Shown here: piece by piece, positions 50,401 through 62,093 of the stretch
How the letters are laid out: each line of letters begins with the position of its first letter
Numbering within the stretch: position 1 is the stretch's first letter
NCBI RefSeq assembly: GCF_000002075.1
Contig: NW_004797274.1
Location: forward strand, 3,532,381 to 3,596,380
Direction: 5' to 3'
DNA length: 64,000 bases
DNA from: Aplysia californica
Lineage: Eukaryota
Notes under the pieces: model-generated
Told to the model about the DNA's origin: nothing
Database searches by the model: none
The model's input: only the letters and a program-made list of their open reading frames with translations
Translations under genes and position numbers: made by a program

Positions 50401-53400
50401 CAAAGTGGAAAACAAGTCTTTCAAAAAGCTGACTTTTTGTTTTATGATCTGTATTGCTATTTTTTTAAAATAACAACTGATTAATCATAGCAGCATAAAA
50501 TCTTTGGTTACAGAATGTTTTATACACAATTTTCAAAGCAATAAAAATAAAGATTAAAAATCCCATTTGTTATCTAAAGAGGAAAAAATCGAAACTTCAA
50601 ATGCTGGAGGTAACCTATTTCGCCACAAAACTTTTCATTGTTTTATCTCGTCCTCTTTTGTATGTATGTATGTACTTACATACCCTTTGTATGAATATAT
50701 GTCATTGTATCTGTAAATTTATTTTCCTTCAACAGTATCTTCTCACTCATCTTATTTGTTTATCTGATGTGCTGCCCCAATTTACATATTTGCAGTCATA
50801 TGTTATGATATGTGGATGTATGTGCCAAAGACCGATAAAATCATCTTGAAAAATCTCTTCTTTCCCTTCTCCTCCCCCCCCCCCCCCCCTGCAGGAGTCT
50901 TCTAGTCCACCTAGATCTGTTTGCCCTGTTCAAAAAGCAGAGATCCATGTTCAATAAGCCTGAAGTCCAGGACACTTTCCATCAGGTACAAAGCTATACC
51001 TTAGTGCTGGAACTTATATTTCTTATTTCACTGGTGATGGGCTACATCTTTTTGCTTAGTTAGACCTGATTTGTGGGTTATATCTTTTGGCATTACTTGG
51101 CAAACTTAATGCATTATGTTTAGATCAAACACAAAGCAATACTCAGAAACGGCAGATAGCTCTGCATATCAAGTAAATATGAAAAAACGTCACAACAAAG
51201 CTCTGCTTTATATGTTTAACTTTTGGTTTGGTCTTTTTGAAGAATTTTCAATAAATTAGTTAAGCTGGATTTGTGACACTGACTATGGCTGATTCATCTG
51301 ATTTATGGTGAATACTCTCAAAACCCAGTGACATACTATGCAGAGATGCCAACCAGTACGATTTTACGTAATTAGTACGATTTTTTGCCGAAAGTACGCG
51401 AATACGACTTTTCATGAAAAAATATGTTTCCTGGAATGCGAAAAATACGAGATCCGGTTTGGGCGAGTAACCTAATTATCTCAAGTCCCCTCTTTTGTCA
51501 AAATAGTATCAGTATTGCGGAACCTGAATATTTGAAAACCAAGTCTGATAAGGTCAGTAAGTTCATTTTTGCCGGTCGCGATTGTAATATTATATTCGTT
51601 TAGCGTTTCCTCCTCCAAGAGTACGTTTCACTTTCACGCGAACAGGCGGCTATGTCGGCAGATGGAAGTGTATGTGACACCGAGGCTTGATCGGGAAAAT
51701 CAAGATCTACTTTCGCTTTCGTTACCACCGAGAAGTTTGTCAGCGGTAGACTGATAACGTAACTTATTTGTGACATGCAGGTTGTGCAGTGTAAACGTTG
51801 TGTTGCCGTGCAAATAAAATTTCTCGAACTCGTCTCTGTACTGTCACTTGAAGGAAAAAAAGAAAAGAAAATACAAGTGTCGTCTGATTTTTAGATTGTC
51901 GGGCTCGCCATCGTGACCGGTCAATGAACCTGCGCGCATTCGCGTCACAAATAAATGCGGCATCGTGTGAGCAAAGACCGTGTTTGGTGGGAGTAACGGC
52001 GTTGCCAAGTATAGGACTACGGAATAGGGGAGGGGATTTTTGATTTTTTAAAAAATTTTTAATGCACCTCGTGAAGGCAAAACCAGAGGACACAAACTTG
52101 GAGGCAAACTTCAGAATTTTGATTAGAGCTTTCTGCAAAGCGCGCGTTGGTGCAGGCCGTGTGTGGAATAGGGACCCTTCATACTTTGCAAGTCTGTGTA
52201 ATTGAAATAAAATGTTTGCGTGTCATTGGATGGGTGACAGTAAATAATACCTACAGTGTATGTTGTAGTTTTCTGTTCAAGACGGGCAGATTTTCAGTGT
52301 CACTGCATCTCGCCCTCCGACAGTTACAACTCTCTCACTGCATGGGTTTACTTGAGCCATTCAAGCTATTGCTCTTCTCCGAGTTTGAGCAATAATTTTA
52401 GTCTGTCAGTTCATAATATGAATCATGACACCCAGACTGGTTCTTGATAGTTGAAATTCTTGTTCTAGGCCCTTCCGCACGCTCAAAACAGGATTAATTT
52501 TTTTATTATAATAATGAGAGGAAAATATTATAACAGACTGAAATACTTAAGTCAAACAAGACCCCAGTGCGACACTGAACACTGACATGTTGTTGACCGG
52601 ATACATGTTTATTGTACGTGTGTGTGCTCCCTTTTTCGAGCTGGGGAGCTTAAAAAAATTTTTCAGGAAATATTGCTGGACACCCTGAACATTTTACTAG
52701 TTGGTTGGTCGGTCGTGGAGAATACATTTTTTCCCCTGAAAATACACATTTTCATTTTCATATTTCCCAATACTCATTTCGGTTTTCTGTGGTTGGCATC
52801 TCTGTACTATGCGGTAACCATGGGGTTAAATGGCCTGTAGATTTTGGTTTTTTGATTTGTGGATTAAGGCTTTTTACTGTTTTGTGCTTGTACCCTTGTC
52901 TAATGTTACTCTTTTTCCCTTTTGCTTACTGTTTGTGAAAGAAATGGTGTTCTGATTCAGATTTTGAAATAAAGACTGTTTAAAGGATAAAAAGGAATGA
53001 TTAAGTCCAAGGGCAGAAATAGGATGTACTAAGAAAGCTGACTGTTTGAATCTAAAGTGGTGTTGAAATGGGAAGTAAACAATATCTGTCTTAGTTTTGT
53101 CATCTCTAATTTTCTTTCTGTCTTGTGTTTTATTTCAGTTGCTAAAGAACAGAAACAGCTCAATCCAGAAGGCTGCTTTTGAGTGTTTGGTCACCTACAA
53201 GTCACCTCACATATTGCCCTACAGGTAAGCTGCTAATAAGGTAAGCTGCTGGGAATTGCATACATATTAACTGCTCAGAGTAAGACTCAGTCACGCGTTA
53301 CTTGTCAAAATGGCGTTTAGTGGAGTCTTACTATGAGCAATTGATATGTATCAGTGGTGGCGGGCATGGATTGGACATCTCTCAGGAAACCTTAATTAAT

Positions 53401-56400
53401 ATTTCAAAAACCACTTTAACTCAAATGTCATGTTGAAAGAATTTTTAGATTTTTTACATCCTTTGTTGAGATCATTTATTTGACAACATTCCTCCTCCCC
53501 CCCCCCCCCCCCCCCCCCCCTGGTTTCAGAAAATTTTGGAGTTGGCTAAATAGAGCCCGTTCACCAATTCCTCCCTTTGTGCGTCAGGGGATGGAATGTG
53601 TCCCAAATGTGGGACTGTTCGTTGAAAGTCATTGAGGATAGCTGTTCTAAGGCAGACAGGAAGAGGGCAGGTCGCCACTTTATGCTCCACTGGAATCTGC
53701 GGGTTCTGACCTTTTCTGATCTTTACTTTGAATATCATCATTTCAGTTTTGCTGGAGGAAGCATTGTAGACATGTGGAGAAAAAAATTGGGACATTCTTG
53801 ATGTAGGAGATGACGCTGCCTCCGCCATTATTTTTGCAGTCCACTCTGATCTGTGTGAAAGCTTCTAGGTGGAAGGTGTTTTTTTTCCTGGGACAACTGA
53901 CATCTACTCTTCTTGTATGTGTCAAACACATTGGTGTTCCAGACATCAAACGTGGGTGGTTGGTGGGTGCTCTGGTGTGGTTTGTTTCTCCTTTCCTATG
54001 AAACATCTATTGTCCTTATCTCCCCTTCTTCTTTTTTATGTTTGTTACACTTTTGTTACACCTCTAATCTTCTGGCGCTCATATGACCTTATGTAGTTGC
54101 GAGCGCTGTAAAACCGCTACTAAAACTAAAGACATCAAACCTGTGGTTGCCAAATATCAGCAGATACTGCCATCAGAGAGAGATAATGTCTCCATAGTGC
54201 AGTGCTTCATGTGAAGCAGGGATTATTCTGTTTGAAATTTCCTTTTGGAAGTGCTTTTCTATGAAGTGAAGATTAATACATCAAAGACCAGTTTTACTAA
54301 GGGCGGTGCTACTGACTGAAGTGTCTTTAGGCCATTCTCAAAGGGGAGACATTACCATGTTCTGTTGCACAGTAAAATTGTAAATGGGCTGATTCGTCGA
54401 TGTCATACTCATAACTGTGCCGGAATTGCAACAGGGAACTTGCTTTTTCTTTCCTCATCCTTACTATGGTCAATTTCCCTCTACTTCTTTTGTATGTTTG
54501 TCGCTCTCTTGTGACCCGCTTTTTCCGGAGTACCTTGATAGTCGAAGCAGACTTTGTGTTGTTGAAGCTAGAGAGGTTAGCGGAGTAAGTCTGATTCCCT
54601 GTAAGGACTTCTCTTTTAACCTTCACCCCTTGGCGCTCATATAACCTTATGCAGTTGCGAGCGCCGTAAAACCTCTACTAAAACTTTAAAAACACAAATG
54701 TTCTGTCTTTTTAAAAAATCCCTTTTTGTCTCACAGAGAGAATTTCAACCGCTTGCTGGACGACAAAACGTTCAAGAGCGAGATTATTTTGTTCCGGGTC
54801 GATGAGGAGAACTCAGAGGTCAAAGACGGTGACAGAGACGGGCTGCTCCCAGTCCTCATGAGGTTTGTAAATTACATTATCTCTGAATTGACAAAGGAAT
54901 ATGTGACTGAGGGAGCACTGGTTACATCTAATTTTTAATTCTGTGTATATCGAATGGTTTGAAGTATAAAATAATTGATTAATTGTGCCCTTTCTTCATT
55001 ATTTCATCGCAGGTTTGTCATATGTGCGTCCATTTTTCTACATGTGGAAATGTGATTGTATTTTTATCATTTATTGTCCCCATCAGCCTAGATCTGGCCA
55101 ACTTGGACTGAGAGGGATGTGACATCCTATCAGACTTATTGGTGATACTCAGTAAAATGGCCTCCCCGCTCAGGAATGGAACTCACATCATCCGCATGCA
55201 ACACTGAAGAGTTTAGTTATTATCCACAGATACGTGTTAATTGTTCTTATCAGTAGAAGGGATTTTTTTTTTGGTCATTCGTCATTCCCACAGATCATAC
55301 AGCAGAGCTCAATTTGACATACGTTCTACCGTCTCTAGTGACAGAACTCTGCCTGGGGGGCTCTCGTGGCCTAGAGATTAAGGTGTTCGCCTCTCAAAGG
55401 TCCCGGGTTCGAATCTGGGTAGCAACAGAAACATTTTCTTCTCTTAAATTGCCTCCTTTCACCTCCTTTCCTTCTCTCTGGCAATATTCTGTCTTCTGCT
55501 TTCGTCTCCTCTTTCTGCCCCCTCCCCCTCACCTCCTTTGCCCCCTCCTCTGGGCTCCTGACTCTTTCTGCAGCCTTTCCATTGCTTCTCCTTGGCTCCT
55601 TCTTACTGCTGTAATTCAGCCACACCCCTGATCTTCTGGTAGGAAAGATCTACACCTTGCCCATTTGCACAAGGGGGGAAAATCTCGGAGGTCCCCTGTG
55701 CAAGTTGCGCACGTCAAAGATCTCTTGGTGGTCCAAAATCGATAAGAGTAGGCTTCGGCCACCACCCGGGCAAAATTCAAAATTTCCTACCAACTGAAAA
55801 TATTAGGTGTGCCGGAGCGCTCATATGAACTTATGCTATTGTGAGAGCCATAAAACACTTACCGAAAATAAAAAAGAACTCTGCCTGTGAGTGGTTGGTA
55901 GGTGCTCTGATGTGGTTTACCTCTTCTTGCCTTTCAAACATCTATTGTCCTTATCTCCCCTATCATATTATTATTTATTTTTTAAATATTTCTCTTAAGT
56001 AACACCTAATTTTTGTCACTGATATGACCTGTTTGTGGTGCACGTGCTGTAAAAATCTTACTCTAACTAAATTTTAAAATAACTGCCTGCTTTTACATCT
56101 ACTCACTGTTGCAACAATAGCTCTAATCTGGCAGAAATGAAATTTAATATAATTTGAAAGCAAAGCAGGGTATAAGTTGAGTTTTGTGACATTGGACAAT
56201 TTAGGCCTGGTTCGGGAATTTTATTTACACCTAGTTTTTCTATCGCAGAATTCTGTATGGCAAGATGCACGGTAAAGCTGGCAACGACACAGCCGGAACA
56301 TCGCGCAGTCGAGTGCGCAAGTCCATTGTGTTTGGCTTCCTGAGTGGCTGCAAGCCGGATGAGCTCCGATATTTCCTCACTCTGCTCTTCCAGCCCTGCA

Positions 56401-59400
56401 TGCATTTTGTCACAGGTAAGACAACTGTGAACTCAAAAGTATTGTTTGGAGTCGTGTGGGAAAGACCTCGTGAGTGGCTGGTCGGTGGGTGCTCTAGTGT
56501 GGTTCATTTTCTCTTTCCTATCAAACATCTGTTATTATTATCTCTCCTTCTTTTTTTGTGTTTGCTACTCTCTTGTAAACACCTTTAATCTTCGGCAATT
56601 ATATGACCTTATTGTGTTGCGTGTAAGTGCTGTAAAACTCTTACTTAAACAAAAGACAGACCTTGTAACTAAACACCTTGTACCCGAAATGTGATTTTAT
56701 CCTGAGACATGTGAAAGCCTTTTCCAGAACACTTATTTCTAGCTCTTTTTTTAAAACACCGAAGTTCAGTTTTAATGCAGCTACTTTAACCAAAAAAAAA
56801 ACTTTTAAATTTGCACATTCAGCTCAAGGTTAATGCTTTTTTCAAAGATGCAGACTTTAAACCCTGATAACATTTGTTTAAAAAATCAATTGAAGAAGGA
56901 TTGGGGGGGGGGGGGGGCATTTCATTTATGCATTTTGTGTTCCCCACTGTTCATTTGTTTTCATGTTAGATTTATATGATATATTTTGTTCCTTTTTGAC
57001 ATAGATGACCCTGTGACCATGGTCAAAACTACAATGGAAAATACAGACCTCAAGAAAATGATTCCACTCAAGAAAATCAAAGGGTAATTTTTATTTCATG
57101 TAGCTTTGATTTTCATTACATTTTGTTCCAGTGCTGATTATTTTCAGTGGAATCTTTGATTTCAAGACTCCTCTCTTTCAATCACTCCTCGGTCTTTTAC
57201 TCACAATATCCAGTCATTGTTTCTTCCTGCCTGTGGTCCCTTCCCTTCCTTTTCTTTTGAAATCAATTGTGTTCTTGCTGAAACTTGGACATATCCAACA
57301 GAAATTTTCACATTCTCGTTGACAATGCGCAGTTCACATTCTTTTCCTAATCATATCTGTCACAGAACTTGGTCTCTTTAAATCTCATCTGCCACAGTGA
57401 TGTACTGGCTGTTATATGGATTCTGTTTCTTCATTCAGGGTTACCAGTAGTAGTGAGAATGGCATCATGACTTTGTTTAAATCTTTCATGGGGTAACATT
57501 TTATTGTGTATGTACAAACACACATGGAAACACCTCAGCACCAAAAGAGTTAAAGATGACTGGGCAAAAATGACACTGGTCACAGAAATAGAGTTGAATG
57601 CTTTTTTTTTTTTCCTTTATTGTTTCTGTCCCTGTATTGCCCTTTCCCTGTACAACTGTTACAAATGTGTGGCCTTTTGTCATTTGGACTGTTTTCAATT
57701 GAGATAGTGTTCGCTCACTCAATCCCGTGACCGAGATATCTCAGTCAGCTCATGGGCTGTGTTCATTCCCACGACCGAGATAACTCAGTTCTATAGTTTT
57801 GTTTGATTTACTTGTTATTTAGTTTCGGAAAACAGCCCCAAGTTTTATATAAGATCAATTTATTATTTCCCTGGCCAATTCTGCCTAGAGGGGTGCTGGA
57901 ATCGAGAAATCGCGGTTTTTATAAAGGCACTTTCAGCACTTTTGTTCACATTGATCAGCTAAGTATGTCTCACAATCCATTCTCTCTGCCTTTCTCATAC
58001 ATACATTTTTTTTATATTCTCGAAAGTACTCAACAGTCTTTATTATACATGACAAAATATAGATTTAGACACTCACAAGCATATTTGAATATCAATGTAG
58101 GCTTGCTCTTGCTCATTCGGCCTTTAAAAAAATTATAAGCCCCCAAAATGCCATATTTGTACTACACCCCATAGCAAAACTGCTAAAGCTACATATTTCA
58201 AATTTGGTATTTCTAAAGACCCAGTTTAGGTTGTACTTTTTGCCAAATGTCAAAGCAATTGAATTATATTTATGGTTACTAGTGGGCCTTTACATAAGTG
58301 CCAAAATGACAGGTTTCTGGGTACAATTTCGGGAGAAACTCCTGGGATTGAGTGAGTTTAAACCACCTATGCCATTTTTTCCTCTGTACTCTTGAATGAA
58401 TTCTCCCCCCCTCCTATTCCAGCCTGCAAAAATGGAAAGTTGCGACGTGCCATTTTTTCCTCTGCACTCTTCAATAATGTTTTTTTCTCCTCAGTGTGCT
58501 GAACACCGTCCACACAGTGCTGCAGAAACAGGGACATCACCTGGAGGGCTTTACTCACCCACTCCTGCACATGTTGCTGGGCCTGGCTGCTCTACTGAGC
58601 TCAGTGCTGGACATGCGGACGCAGGTGGTCAAGGGAGCGATCAACCTGCTCAAGTCACTCAGGCACACTGTTGTCCTCAGGATCACTGAGGTACTGTTCG
58701 AGTGTTTTTGAATGTTTTGGAAAGTTTTTGGTGGATCAAGGAACAATGAGTGTGATGTGCTTTCAACAGCTTTTTGTTTTGATTTGTGTGTGATTTGATG
58801 CAACTGTACGAAGAAGAAATCCTGAGAATTTGTTTACATCATTTTTTTTTTGTTTGTTTGTTTTTTTCCTTATATATTGGATTGGCGGGTGGTTGCAGAT
58901 ACCACCGGTAGGACCTACTTCTTTTCTTCCCTGATGACGTTTCTGTCTGTTTCTCTTATTCTTTCCACTCAAATTCAGGAATAAATTATAAAATGGATTG
59001 GTGTTGCTGACTTGTTACTGCTGATATGAGAAGACAAGAGACACTGACCAACGTCTAATGTTTTATCTCTTTGTCTGTGTCTAGTTCCTGGAATACTATG
59101 AGGACCTGGACTTCACAGCCCAAGAGTTGGATGCCCTGTTCCAGGCTGTGGTGTGGCCAGCTGTAAGTGATGGCTCTTGTGTGTGTGTGGGAGGGGGGGG
59201 GGGCACTCTTTTCACTATTTTCTGTTGTCTTCTTGTTCGTGGGGGGGGGGGTTGCACTTTGTACTATTTTTGTGTGTGTGCGTCGTGATGGAGGTACGGT
59301 GAGAGGCACATGTTTTTGTGTATGTAGTTTGGGAGGAGGGGGAGGGGGGCTGTTTAAATGCTTGCTCAGCACAGGTTATTTGAGAGAAAAAAAATCTAGG

Positions 59401-62019
59401 GCCTTTGGTTTTAGTTTAAGTACACAACTAGTAAATTTTCCCTACATCCCCGGGAGAACAAAAGTGCTTCAGGGTATGGAAATGATAAGTGTTCGGTGGC
59501 ATTGTTGACATCGTTAGATTATTCAAACAAATCTGAAGTATGTATTGGTATTAGTGTCTGTTCTATTAACATGATATGAACATGATTTGAAACATCTGTT
59601 TGGATTGTGTAATAATTGCCTTTTGATGCCAAATTTCTTGAAATATTGACTCCTCAAGGATCTGTACAAACTCGGGTTGTTTTGTATTTTATTTCAGTAA
59701 TTTTTATCATGAATAATGTATTCTTAGTTTGTGATTGATTGGCACTCTGGTGTGGCTTGCTCCTCAAACATTTATCGTCCTTGTCTATCCTCCTTTTTTG
59801 TGTTTGTTACTGTCTACTGTCTTGTAACACCTCTAATCTTCAGCACTTATTTGACTGTATTATGTTGCAAGTGCTGTAAAATGTTGACTAAAACTCAAAA
59901 ACTGAATGTTTTCTTTTGCAGGCTGAGAAACTGGTGCTGGAGGGAGTCCATCACCCGACACCGCTGTTGAAACTTTTTGTGTTCTGGAGTCGAAGCAACA
60001 GGTAAAGTTGATGATCTCTTCCTGTTAGAATTTGACCTCTGATGTCTAAACCATCTGGTAATAATTTTAGCGCTGCATTTCCTCTGGAGTTTGACCTCTG
60101 ATGTCTAAACTATCTGAAAACAAACTTAAACGTAAATTTCCTCTGTTTTTTTTTCCACCTCAGTGTTATGCTGGGTGACCTTGGAGACCCCTGATGGGGA
60201 TTGTTTTGTTTGTTCTCGCTGACTGTCAAGGTCTGCTGATCTAAGATGTTGTATTGTGAGTTCCTTGTCCTGCCCCTTGAATAATTCACAGGGTTGCTGT
60301 TTTTCTGGGGGGGTGGGGGGGGGGGGGGCTATTTTCTTGATTTTTTTTAAAGACACACTTATTTTCAGCATTTGGTCGCAACACCAGAGGACAAAAAAAA
60401 CCAACTGGAAACAAATGTTTAATGTTTAGAATTTTGATTACTACTACAGCTCTCTGCAAAGTAAAGTGTGCGTTGGTGCAGGCCTTGTGTGAAATCGAAA
60501 ACCGTCATAACTTGTAAGCGTGTTATGGAACTTACGAGCCTAGGTGTTCGCGCTTCAATGGATTGGTGACAGTAAATTAGATCTCTATATATAGATATTT
60601 TAGCTTTCTGTTCAAAGTTCACAGATTTTCAGTATCACTGCATTTTACCCTTCCACAGTTTTTACTCCTCTCACACTGAATAGGTCTACTTGGGCTATTG
60701 TACTCTACTTTGAGTTTGANNNNNNNNNNNNNNNNNNNNNNNNNNNNNNNNNNNNNNNNNNNNNNNNNNNNNNNNNNNNNNNNNNNNNNNNNNNNNNNNN
60801 NNNNNNNNNNNNNNNNNNNNNNNNNNNNNNNNNNNNNNNNNNNNNNNNNNNNNNNNNNNNNNNNNNNNNNNNNNNNNNNNNNNNNNNNNNNNNNNNNNNN
60901 NNNNNNNNNNNNNNNNNNNNNNNNNNNNNNNNNNNNNNNNNNNNNNNNNNNNNNNNNNNNNNNNNNNNNNNNNNNNNNNNNNNNNNNNNNNNNNNNNTGT
61001 ATCGCTTTCAAATCAGTAATATATATATAGGCCTGTGATATGAATCATGACAGCCGATATTCTGGTTCTAGGCTCAAAACAAGATTCATTTTTATATAGT
61101 TTATATATACAGGCAAATATGATGAAGGGAAAATTATAAATAAGTCGCACAAGACCCCAGGCGCCACCATTTTCTTTACGTAATCAAGATTGTAAACAAT
61201 TGGTACGTGACTCTTACTAGAAATTATCTCCCATACCCTCAAATTGGTGTGAAATAACCTTGCTTTGATAAATTGATGGTTTTTATTTCAGCATTCTAGC
61301 GTTCAACAGTATAATAATAATGGGTGTTTCGCGAAAATGGGCTTCTGCAGCGATCACCCAGAAAGTTCCTCCTTTTTTAAAATTCTGAGTTGAGACCCAT
61401 GCTCATATTAGTTGTGTCTATTGACTGTCTTTTAGTTTGCAAATGCAACTTTTGTAAATACTCAGTTGTTTTCTCAAAATTCCTACAGCATCCCTGAACT
61501 CAACCTCATTTGAAATGCAAGGACTTGTTTTCATTGAAGGAATGATTTATCCTGATAAAGTTGTGTACAGAAAATGTTTTCCTCTTGTCCAGTTTACTGG
61601 AGTTGTCCATTTATATCCCTCTTCTGGGTCTTTCGTTTCCTTCGTACCTGTTTTATCTGCCAAATTTTACCACTTGCAAGAAGCATTATTTCATTGACGT
61701 GCCCACTCTTCAACTGTGATTCTAACTACTCACTCTTTCTTTTTCATTTCTTTTTGGTGGTTGATGGGTGTCCTGATGTGGTTTGCCTCCTTCTTTCCTA
61801 TCAATTATATATCATCCCAATCTCTCCTCTTTTTTTGTGCTTGTTACTTACTCTCTTGTAACTTCTCTAATCTTTGGCCCTCATGGGAGGACCTAATTGT
61901 GTTGCAAGTGCCATAAAGCACTTTCTAAAACAAAGTTGTTGTTTTTTTCTTGTTTTCTTTGTTGTTTCTGTCCATACTTTTGCTTTGCTCCAAATGATCG
62001 TTATTGTGTAAGTTAATGA

Positions 62020-62093
<74 letters not shown>

